Positions 9,490 through 17,967 of a stretch of DNA of 64,000 bases are shown here, piece by piece. Under the pieces are notes generated by a model, which worked only from the letters and a program-made list of their open reading frames with translations, did no database searches and was not told the DNA's origin. Every line of letters starts with the position of its first letter. Within the stretch, counting starts at the first letter, position 1. Made by a program: the position numbers and the translations under genes. The stretch comes from a virus: positions 5,330 to 69,329 of IMG/VR virus record IMGVR_UViG_3300033146_000658; one strand, given 5' to 3'.

Positions 9490-10455
9490 ATGGCATTAAA
9501 GAGAGTAAAACAAGATAGGGATTCTAGAGTTGGTAATTACGGATTAAGAAACTCATCTTATAGAGTGGTTGGAGTTGCTGATGATGGATCTAGAGGTAGT
9601 AGACAAGATTGTTGTGAATCATTTGCTACAATAAGTGGTGAGTATAATGTAGAAACATACGTGTTTTTGCATCAAATGGCTTATGAGCACATGAGAGAGC
9701 CTTCTTACGTTAAGAAAGTAGAGGAGTATATCAATTCGTTAGGATTTGATGTAGAATTACTTAACACAGAGCCTAAGATCGTAAACATTGAAAGACCTAA
9801 TATAAATGAAGATATACCCAAAGAGAATAGCTATAATAAATTAGCTTATGCATTTAGAACCAATTCCGTTAATTACAAGAAAGGGGCTATGACATTAGCT
9901 TCACATTCTTTAATTAGAGCATTATGGTCTGATAGATTTGATGATTTATGGGATGATGTATTTATGTTACGGGATCTTGATGAATTGTCTCATTTGGATA
10001 ATTACGAGATTTGGCAAATGGCTGAATACAGAAAGAAATATTGGGGATATCATGGATTACTACCAACAGAAGATGATTCTGATAGAAAGTTACACATGAT
10101 AATATCAATGGGTGGATTAAAGAATAGAATGAATTCAAGTATTCACAATACCGTTCACAAGATGTGTGCCCAGAAGTTTGATGATGATGGAAAATCTGAC
10201 GTCACAAAAGCTTTGCGTAGCGAGGTTAGAAAATTATTCAAAGCTAAGAAGTATGTGGAACTATATGATAAGATGTCTATAAAAGGACAATCATCATTCG
10301 GTTTATGTAATGATGATTCGTACAGAGAAGATTGGATTGTGATTGGTAAAACTTATGACATTAAAACATTAAAAAACAAGAGATTTATACTTGTTAAATG
10401 TGAAGATGGTGTTAATAGAAGGTTGAAGAAAACTAGATTTAATTTATCTGAGTAA
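9490..10455 (+). CDS. hypothetical protein within ligase cluster
   Basis: 321 aa; no recognised motif; possible small beta-domain at C-terminus. Confidence 0.6.
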   Translation: MALKRVKQDRDSRVGNYGLRNSSYRVVGVADDGSRGSRQDCCESFATISGEYNVETYVFLHQMAYEHMREPSYVKKVEEYINSLGFDVELLNTEPKIVNIERPNINEDIPKENSYNKLAYAFRTNSVNYKKGAMTLASHSLIRALWSDRFDDLWDDVFMLRDLDELSHLDNYEIWQMAEYRKKYWGYHGLLPTEDDSDRKLHMIISMGGLKNRMNSSIHNTVHKMCAQKFDDDGKSDVTKALRSEVRKLFKAKKYVELYDKMSIKGQSSFGLCNDDSYREDWIVIGKTYDIKTLKNKRFILVKCEDGVNRRLKKTRFNLSE

Positions 10456-10709
10456 TGAAATATAGCAAATATGATATATTCCAATTTAATAGTCACTTTT
10501 TTAGACCGTTAGATGATATGAGGTTACATAAAGGGGGCATAAGAATAAAAACTTTTAAAACTATAAGAGTGAATAAGGGAGAACCTACTAGCGACGCATT
10601 AATTAATTTAGAAGCTGATGCGCCATTTGATAATTATGTAAAGGATAATATATTTAAACTTGTAAAAAAGCATAATCTTGACAATATTGGAATATTAAGA
10701 ATTATTTAA
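10455..10709 (+). CDS. small hypothetical protein with C-terminal tag (NIGILRII)
   Basis: 84 aa; shared C-terminal motif. Confidence 0.7.
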   Translation: MKYSKYDIFQFNSHFFRPLDDMRLHKGGIRIKTFKTIRVNKGEPTSDALINLEADAPFDNYVKDNIFKLVKKHNLDNIGILRII

Positions 10710-10724
10710 TTAATTAATTAACAA

Positions 10725-11543
10725 ATGAATAACAAAGAAGTTAAATTTTTACTTGGGAGTGACCCAGAACTTTTTCTAAAGCGTCGAGTTAAAGGCGTTT
10801 TAGACTTCTTTAGCCCAGAAGGACTATTGACTGGAACAAAAACAGAGCCAGAATGGATTGACGAGAACAAACAGAGAGGTATATTATTAGATAATGTGTC
10901 ACTTGAGTTCTTGACTGCTCCATCTGGTAACAAAAGAGATTTCGTTGATGAGCATAAATTCATGATGAATTACGTTAAGACTGCGATGTCTGCATATAAA
11001 TTAGTTGTATCGGAGGATTCGGTCGCTGAATTCAATGATAAATATTTATCTACAGCAAATGCTACAGAATTCGGGTGTTCTGAATCATTTAATGCAAGAA
11101 CCGGAAAGGTTAATGTAATGCCTGATGCGTCAATATCTAAGAAAAGAAGTTGCGGTGGTCATTTACACGTGAGCGTTGATGATTATGACATGACATTTGA
11201 GGATTGCATAGATATAACTAGAATCATGGATTTGTATCTAGGGGTTCCATCTGTAATAATGAGTAAGGATACGGAAAGACGAAATATGTTCTACGGGAAA
11301 GCTGGAGAATTCAGATGGCAACGAGAACGATATTTAGAATACCGATCATTAGATAACTTTTGGTTATTCGATGAGAAGTATATGGAATGGGCATGGGCTC
11401 AAACGGAAAGGGCATTAGTTGCGTGGCGTAATGGGTTTAGAGTTGATAACAAATTATACGATATAATTGAATTAACAATAAACAAATACGACAAGGCGTC
11501 AGCTAATGTCATAATTGATAAATTTAACTTAAACATAACTTAA
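10725..11543 (+). CDS. phiEco32-like COOH-NH2 ligase type 2
   Basis: LGSDPELFL, DNVSLEF, FGC, RSCGGHLHV, YGKAGEFR and EYRSLDNFW motifs. Confidence 0.85.
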   Translation: MNNKEVKFLLGSDPELFLKRRVKGVLDFFSPEGLLTGTKTEPEWIDENKQRGILLDNVSLEFLTAPSGNKRDFVDEHKFMMNYVKTAMSAYKLVVSEDSVAEFNDKYLSTANATEFGCSESFNARTGKVNVMPDASISKKRSCGGHLHVSVDDYDMTFEDCIDITRIMDLYLGVPSVIMSKDTERRNMFYGKAGEFRWQRERYLEYRSLDNFWLFDEKYMEWAWAQTERALVAWRNGFRVDNKLYDIIELTINKYDKASANVIIDKFNLNIT

Positions 11544-11544
11544 T

Positions 11545-13395
11545 ATGTGTGGTATAACAGGTAGTATAAAACGTTACGAAAGTGATATTTGTATTAATAA
11601 AATGAAAATATTAACCATAGGAAATAGAGATAGAGGAACAACTTCTACAGGTATTGCTATGGTTGATAAAGATGGTAAACATTATGTAAATAAAGTAATG
11701 AAAGGCCCATTATTATCACTCGAGGATGGCGATTTGTTTGATGCAAATAATATACCTTCTGTATGTATAGTTCATAATAGAGCGCCTAGTATAGGGACTT
11801 TAAAGACTATAGATCAAGCTCATCCAGTAGAGTATGATAATATTTTACTAGTTCATAATGGAACAATTCATAACGAAGAGGCGTTGGCTGAAAAGTATGG
11901 AGTAGACATAGATCATGGGGACACTGACACTACGGTATTAGCTAAGATATTGAATAAAAAAGAATTCGATGTTTTAAGTGATTATTTTGGTGCGGCATCA
12001 TTATTATGGATGTATAAAGATGAGCCAGATAGCTTGTATGTTTTTAGAGGAGAATCTAAAACAGGAAGTTACACTGCATTTACTTCAGAGGAGAGACCAT
12101 TATACACATACGAAGGTAATGAAGGGTTTTATTTTGGCTCAGTAGAAGATTATTTAGAGATAATAGCTGACAATAAGGATGATGCTGAAGAGTATGTTAA
12201 TAAAGTCAAGGCTAATGTTGTTATAAAATGCAGCACAGGAGAATCAACTCCGTCGATAATAAAGACTATAGATAGATCTAAAGCTCAGCAAACAGCGGCC
12301 TATAAACCTTATGTTGCTCCAGGATCAAAAAACGTAAACCAATCAACAAAGGCTCAGATGTCGATTGGCACTGGAGCTGGGCGAGAGGAAAGGGGTTCAG
12401 TATGCACGATTTCTAACTTAACTGAATTCTATAAGAAATATTCAATTAAAGATGATTTGGATTATGGAATAATTTCAGAAATTGATACTAGAAAGGGATT
12501 CCCTGATGAATTTGTTGATGAAGACTTAATAGGTAGTCGAATACATTATTATAAAAGTCGATACTGGAGGAATAATAACCCGGTGAATGGTATTTATCAT
12601 GTATTTAGTGACGGAACTATTAATCCTGTCGCTACAAGCGGAACTTCACAATATGCATTTATTCAAGGATGGTTATTAAAGGATATGAATGATTATAAAG
12701 GATTAGTATTAAATACACTAGGACTTGTTAATCCAGGGACTCCATTAAGTTTAGAATTGCTGTCAGGCAAGACCGATATGCCTATACTTAAAATATTTAA
12801 AACTACAGGTAACACTGAAGACCTTAAGTATTATAAGAATAAGACTACACTATATACTAGTGTTTACGAACCTCTATTTGCGTCTATTAAATATTATGTA
12901 TTTGATCGCTACGGATATATAGAATCGGCTATAAATTTCTTACTGGAGGACTTGACTGTTGGTGATGTTGTATTAACTAACGAATGGAAAGTCATAAAAG
13001 TAACGGATATTAATGGAACATTTGATGATTCTTATAGCGGGATGGATAAAAATAATATTGCTGTAGAAGCGTTTATTGAGGATATACTATTATTAAATGA
13101 TAGCGCCCCTCATGATGATTTAATATCACCATCTATAGCATACATAATATCAGCATCGCCTATCGCTGACAATAACGATCCAGCGAATAATGACATCGAT
13201 GACGGCAGATATACTATACAAGATATTCATTATTGTAGAGCTGATGCCATAAGCGCCACAGAAGGTGCTATAGAGGAAATCAAGGCAATAGGGACTGAAT
13301 TATTTCAAAATCATGACAATAGTTTACGTTTAGTGGAGGTGTGCGAATCGGAAATTGACAAATTAAAACAAGCATTAAAAATTTTATCTGAATAA
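11545..13395 (+). CDS. class II (Ntn) glutamine amidotransferase with long C-terminal extension
   Basis: N-terminal MCG, RG, HNR, AHP, HNGTI and DT motifs. Confidence 0.85.
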   Translation: MCGITGSIKRYESDICINKMKILTIGNRDRGTTSTGIAMVDKDGKHYVNKVMKGPLLSLEDGDLFDANNIPSVCIVHNRAPSIGTLKTIDQAHPVEYDNILLVHNGTIHNEEALAEKYGVDIDHGDTDTTVLAKILNKKEFDVLSDYFGAASLLWMYKDEPDSLYVFRGESKTGSYTAFTSEERPLYTYEGNEGFYFGSVEDYLEIIADNKDDAEEYVNKVKANVVIKCSTGESTPSIIKTIDRSKAQQTAAYKPYVAPGSKNVNQSTKAQMSIGTGAGREERGSVCTISNLTEFYKKYSIKDDLDYGIISEIDTRKGFPDEFVDEDLIGSRIHYYKSRYWRNNNPVNGIYHVFSDGTINPVATSGTSQYAFIQGWLLKDMNDYKGLVLNTLGLVNPGTPLSLELLSGKTDMPILKIFKTTGNTEDLKYYKNKTTLYTSVYEPLFASIKYYVFDRYGYIESAINFLLEDLTVGDVVLTNEWKVIKVTDINGTFDDSYSGMDKNNIAVEAFIEDILLLNDSAPHDDLISPSIAYIISASPIADNNDPANNDIDDGRYTIQDIHYCRADAISATEGAIEEIKAIGTELFQNHDNSLRLVEVCESEIDKLKQALKILSE

Positions 13396-14795
13396 TGGAA
13401 AATATTATAATTAAATTTAATGGAGAAAAGGCTCCAAGATCAAAATGCAGACGCCTTAGACGGGGGAAATTAAAGCCTGAATTCTATGAAAGAAATATTG
13501 ACTGTTTCAGGATAGATGGAGTATGGAGACGTTGTGATGATAAATATATTTATAAAAATCTTGACAGAAAAGATGAATATGTTCGTAAGTCATATTTTGA
13601 CGATCATATTAAAAATAATTCAAGAGGATTAAAGATATACACAATAGGCGTTAATGCTGAAGGTGATGATATCATGGGTTATAGCACTGGTATACCATTT
13701 AATATCGTTGAGGTATACAATGAAGATACTGGTGAAATCGAGAGACATAGAACTAGTGAATTTGATAGTTCTAATTATTCTAGAAATGAGAAAAACGGAA
13801 TATATTACAAGAGAGGCCACGCATCTAACATAAGTGGTCAGTCAGGCATGTTGTATCGTAGAGAAATCTATAACTTTGATAAAATTATGGGATTTTATAG
13901 AGATGCAAAATTCTCATTTAATCCAATAAGAAAATCTAAATATTCGTTTGGTGTAGAAATAGAAACAGAGAATGGTAAAATCCCTGTTTCTGAATTAACA
14001 TCACTAGGATTATTCCCTTTAAGGGATGGGTCTATAGGAGGGTTTGAATATACTTCTGTGCCATTTAATGATTTAGGACATGCTGTAGATATCGCTAAAG
14101 CGGTATCTAAGTATTGCCAAATAAGCACAGCTAATTCATTACATGTGCATATAGGTGGATTAAATACCGATAAAGACAGTATTGTTACAATGTATGAAGT
14201 TTTGTATAATTTACAAGATGAAATATACTCTATGTTCCCGGCTTATAAGCAAGGCAGGAATGATGTGAAAAGACAGGCTTATTCTGATAGATTACCTAGA
14301 TTGTCGCGTGACAGCGTAGATTCATACTTTAATGAATTAATGCAATTCTTCACTAATGGGAACATGAATGGAGAATCTTACAAGGGTAAAAGACTTAATC
14401 ATCCACAAGACCCTAACGGGGAACATAAGTGGCAGATAGGTGCTAGATACAGAATCTTTAATTTAGTTCCAATGATATTTTCTGAAGGGAGGACTGTTGA
14501 ATCCAGGATACATGAGGAGACAACGAACCCTTATAAAATAGCTTATTGGATAATGATTAATGAAGCGATTGTTGATTATGCTCAGAAAAGAACTTTTAAA
14601 CAGGTTTTTGGTAAGAAAATCACATTAGACTTAATATTGAATGAGTATTTCGGCAAGAAAGAAGTTTCTGCATTAACTACATATATAGACGAGCGAAAGA
14701 AATTATACGCAACTATAGGAGTTAATGATATAGAAACGTATTTAAAGATATCTAGTGAAGATAAATCTTACGAACCGCCAATTAAGCTCTTTTAA
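13395..14795 (+). CDS. putative amidoligase (Amidoligase_2 / GS-like fold)
   Basis: FGVEIET, DGSI, EYTS, LHVHIG, RY..FN and TVESR motifs. Confidence 0.8.
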   Translation: MENIIIKFNGEKAPRSKCRRLRRGKLKPEFYERNIDCFRIDGVWRRCDDKYIYKNLDRKDEYVRKSYFDDHIKNNSRGLKIYTIGVNAEGDDIMGYSTGIPFNIVEVYNEDTGEIERHRTSEFDSSNYSRNEKNGIYYKRGHASNISGQSGMLYRREIYNFDKIMGFYRDAKFSFNPIRKSKYSFGVEIETENGKIPVSELTSLGLFPLRDGSIGGFEYTSVPFNDLGHAVDIAKAVSKYCQISTANSLHVHIGGLNTDKDSIVTMYEVLYNLQDEIYSMFPAYKQGRNDVKRQAYSDRLPRLSRDSVDSYFNELMQFFTNGNMNGESYKGKRLNHPQDPNGEHKWQIGARYRIFNLVPMIFSEGRTVESRIHEETTNPYKIAYWIMINEAIVDYAQKRTFKQVFGKKITLDLILNEYFGKKEVSALTTYIDERKKLYATIGVNDIETYLKISSEDKSYEPPIKLF

Positions 14796-15025
14796 TGAGA
14801 CCTATCAAAATTGGCGATGTTTATGCAAGGATTGGTGATGATAATTCTCAATTAAAAATTGTAAGAAGACTAGCTGATGGTAATTTTATATACTTACCTA
14901 ATTTATGGTTCAGCAATACCGCTAACGAAATATCATACACCACGTGCATATCTAATATTAAGATGGGTTTTTGGACACTGGTGGTCACTCATGTTCCTAA
15001 AGTTGGGATATTTAAAATACTTTAA
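14795..15025 (+). CDS. small protein with C-terminal tag (KVGIFKIL)
   Basis: IKIGDVY N-terminus; shared C-terminal motif. Confidence 0.7.
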   Translation: MRPIKIGDVYARIGDDNSQLKIVRRLADGNFIYLPNLWFSNTANEISYTTCISNIKMGFWTLVVTHVPKVGIFKIL

Positions 15026-15026
15026 T

Positions 15027-15275
15027 ATGGAGTTTAAATTTAAAGTTGGGCAAAAATTCAAAAGATGTGAACCATTTTTTAAGCCACATCAATGCATTGA
15101 TTTTAAAATTATTAAGGTTAGCGAATATGGAATAACAATAGATAAGTCGTATATGCTTGATAATTTTTTTGACGGATATGAAATTGATAAAAATAATGCA
15201 TCGTACCATATTCGGACTAATCATTGGGAATTAATAAAATCACCACGAAATATAGGAGTATTAAAAATTCTATAA
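15027..15275 (+). CDS. small protein with C-terminal tag (NIGVLKIL)
   Basis: Likely start is ATG at 15027 (MEFKFKVGQKF), just after the previous stop, rather than 14877; shared C-terminal motif. Confidence 0.7.
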   Translation: MEFKFKVGQKFKRCEPFFKPHQCIDFKIIKVSEYGITIDKSYMLDNFFDGYEIDKNNASYHIRTNHWELIKSPRNIGVLKIL

Positions 15276-15316
15276 CTTACTAATAACGATCAATCTAAAT
15301 TTATAAAGATTGATAT

Positions 15317-15712
15317 ATGAATAGAAAAGTAAAAACGACTGAGTATATTGAGTTTAGTTTAACTAATCTTGATAAACTCAGTCTTAATAAATTTAACACT
15401 CAACACTTTATAGTGAAGAGTAAATGGAAAAACGCGTTTAAGGAATTAGTCAGAGAACAAACTAATAATCTTAAATTAGATGGAGGTTACGAATTGGATT
15501 TCAACTTCTTCTTTAGCGGTAGGAAATTAGACAAGATTAATGTTGCTCATTATTGCAAGACTTGTGAAGATACTATCTTTACTGAAGATAAGGATAATGG
15601 CACGGTCTCGATGAATACTAATCAAATACCTAAGAAGGATATAGATGACAGAGGTAATTATGTCAATATAATCCTTACGAAAGAAAAGGAGGTGTCTGAT
15701 GAGGTTAATTAA
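15317..15712 (+). CDS. RusA-like Holliday junction resolvase
   Basis: RKLDKINVAHYCKTCEDTI resembles the RusA D-x-x-N...K...D catalytic segment; size fits. Confidence 0.5.
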   Translation: MNRKVKTTEYIEFSLTNLDKLSLNKFNTQHFIVKSKWKNAFKELVREQTNNLKLDGGYELDFNFFFSGRKLDKINVAHYCKTCEDTIFTEDKDNGTVSMNTNQIPKKDIDDRGNYVNIILTKEKEVSDEVN

Positions 15713-16697
15713 AGACAGTGAGTATTATTCAATTAGAAAGAAGAGTTATTCAATGTTAGCCAGATTCGATCGCGACGGCCCAATGTCGCTAATTAAGGAG
15801 TTTAAAGAGACTCCGGCGATGTTATTAGGTAGCCTAGTTGATGATATGGTCACAAATGCAAGTCAAGTTGATAGTATTTATGCGATATCAAAACACAAAA
15901 CGCCGACAGCATCATTATTAGTGTTATTTGATGAGATTAAGAAAGATTTCGTTAAGTTTGCGCCAAAGGGCGTGATGAATATTGATTTAGTGGCTGAATT
16001 AGCCCATGAGCTTATCTTATGGGACTCCGTTAAGAAACCTGATGTATTTGTTAAGAAGTTTAATACAAGTGCGTTTAGAGGGTATATAATGGAGTATTTT
16101 AATAATTTTGGCAAAAGGGTTGTTGATCAAGAAATGTGGAATTTAGCAGATAAGATGGCTGGAGCATTATTGAATGATAAAGTTACTGGGCCGTTATTTA
16201 AGAATGAAGAAGGTGAATCTATATTTCAGTTATCTATACTTTGGGGAGACAAAGAGCAATTTAAATCAAGATTAGATTTAGTTGTATTAGATCACGAAAA
16301 TAAACTGATTAGACCTTTTGACTTGAAAACTATGGGATTGCCTGTAGAAGAGTTCAGGAGTTCATTTATGAATTTCCGCTATTATATTCAGGATGCGGTA
16401 TATACAGACGCGGTTGAGGAATGGCGTAATGAGACTTATCCAGATTATGATATTGCGGATATTGAAAACATCGTAATATCATCAAAAGAGCCAGACAATC
16501 CAGTATTATTTAAAGTTAATAAAGATTGGGTTGCTGCTGGTAAGTATGGGTTCTTCTTAGGTAATTATAGAAAGCGAGGTTATTTAGAATTAGCTGATGA
16601 GGTTGATTGGCATAGATCTAATAAGATTTATAACAAAAGCCGAGAACAGGTAGAGAAAGGCTTTTTGTCTATTGATTTTAACGGGAGGTTAGAATAA
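15699..16697 (+). CDS. PD-(D/E)XK exonuclease (RecE/ExoVIII-like)
   Basis: LGSLVD, KSRLD...DLKT and YYIQDAVY motifs. Confidence 0.8.
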   Translation: MRLIKDSEYYSIRKKSYSMLARFDRDGPMSLIKEFKETPAMLLGSLVDDMVTNASQVDSIYAISKHKTPTASLLVLFDEIKKDFVKFAPKGVMNIDLVAELAHELILWDSVKKPDVFVKKFNTSAFRGYIMEYFNNFGKRVVDQEMWNLADKMAGALLNDKVTGPLFKNEEGESIFQLSILWGDKEQFKSRLDLVVLDHENKLIRPFDLKTMGLPVEEFRSSFMNFRYYIQDAVYTDAVEEWRNETYPDYDIADIENIVISSKEPDNPVLFKVNKDWVAAGKYGFFLGNYRKRGYLELADEVDWHRSNKIYNKSREQVEKGFLSIDFNGRLE

Positions 16698-17125
16698 TGA
16701 TAATTAACAAAAGCTACCACATGATATATCCAATGTTTGAAAAAAACTTAGACATGAGGTATAGTGCATTTAACTCTTATATGAATCATAGAAAATATAA
16801 GAATACAATAACCATAGATATATTATTTAAAGATGATCACATTGACACTGGCTATGAATCATTTGGATATGTCGAATTTGATAAATATTTAAGAGGCCAT
16901 AATTTATATGTAACACATAGAGATAATGGAGATTATATATCTTACACATTTAACATTCCTCAATCACTGAATCAAGTAGTGTCTGATTTATGGCATGGCG
17001 ATTGGGAATTTATCACTAAACAGAATTATAATGAGATGACAGCAATTGGACAAATGGTATTTCAAGAATTAAAAAACAAGGAGATTCCTCTAAAAAGATA
17101 CAAGACATATGAGCAAGCGTTTTAA
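16697..17125 (+). CDS. hypothetical protein
   Basis: 142-aa ORF coupled by TAATG overlap. Confidence 0.6.
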   Translation: MIINKSYHMIYPMFEKNLDMRYSAFNSYMNHRKYKNTITIDILFKDDHIDTGYESFGYVEFDKYLRGHNLYVTHRDNGDYISYTFNIPQSLNQVVSDLWHGDWEFITKQNYNEMTAIGQMVFQELKNKEIPLKRYKTYEQAF

Positions 17126-17333
17126 ATTAATAAAAGGTCAGGTATATTATAGGGAAATGTCTAATATACGATGTAATATAATTAATCTATTTGGCGAAAC
17201 TGTTATTTATAATCACGATAACGGAGAAGAACATCATGGCAAAATTAGTTGGCTGTCTGACGCATTGTCTTCGTCTGGTTATATTTTAGAGAAGGTAATG
17301 CATAACAATATGGGTATATTAAAAATATTATGA
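17109..17333 (+). CDS. small protein with C-terminal tag (NMGILKIL)
   Basis: 74 aa; shared C-terminal motif. Confidence 0.7.
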   Translation: MSKRFKLIKGQVYYREMSNIRCNIINLFGETVIYNHDNGEEHHGKISWLSDALSSSGYILEKVMHNNMGILKIL

Positions 17334-17560
17334 CAAGAGGTCGGTATATAGAGATAATGGATAATCCTGTCCCAGAAAACATTAATGAACTATTATTTTC
17401 ATATGTTAGCGATAATAACAAGGTTATGACTGTCGATCAATTGAATATTTTCAATAGACTTGGACTAAAAGGAGAGGCTATAATCACAGCTTCAAAATAT
17501 TATGAAGACTTGTTTGAAATAGCTAGTCTTGAAACAGAAAAAGGTATAATTAGATGGTAA
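17330..17560 (+). CDS. hypothetical protein
   Basis: 76-aa ORF, ATGA overlap. Confidence 0.55.
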   Translation: MTRGRYIEIMDNPVPENINELLFSYVSDNNKVMTVDQLNIFNRLGLKGEAIITASKYYEDLFEIASLETEKGIIRW

Positions 17561-17561
17561 T

Positions 17562-17906
17562 ATGGGAAAGAGTTTGAGAAAAATGAATAAGCAGGAACTC
17601 ATTGCAAAAGTAGTTGAGTTGGAAGAGAAATTAATTAGCCAGAATGATGATTCTAGCGCTACTGATTCAGCATATTTTGTTGAATTTGCAGAAACTAAAG
17701 AATCATTAATCAAATGTAATAAGAGTGCAGAAATATTACGTGATAAAATTGTTACGTATAAATCTACACTAAAGGACAATTCTGAAGCTATGATTAAATT
17801 AAGTAATGATTTAGAATCATCTAAAGAATTCGTTAAATTTTATAGCGATATGAATATTCTTCAATTTGCATATTGGAAGATAGTAAATTCAAGAATATTA
17901 GATTAA
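17562..17906 (+). CDS. hypothetical coiled-coil protein
   Basis: 114 aa with heptad-like pattern. Confidence 0.55.
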   Translation: MGKSLRKMNKQELIAKVVELEEKLISQNDDSSATDSAYFVEFAETKESLIKCNKSAEILRDKIVTYKSTLKDNSEAMIKLSNDLESSKEFVKFYSDMNILQFAYWKIVNSRILD

Positions 17907-17967
17907 CACAATAATTAACAATTATCTATAACTATATTTATTTATAAACAATTTAAATATATAGTTA

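Noticed and set aside
7615-13395. Several ligase-cluster proteins end in Glu (SYE, SEE, LSE, LSE), reminiscent of the RimK substrate tail
   Set aside because: Unrelated genes (helicase, Sak4-like ATPase, exonuclease) also end in Glu, probably reflecting GAA-TAA-TG style gene overlaps.
14877-15026. N-terminal extension of the ORF called 14877..15275
   Set aside because: It overlaps ORF 14795..15025 out of frame; ATG at 15027 gives the family-typical MEFKFKVGQK start.
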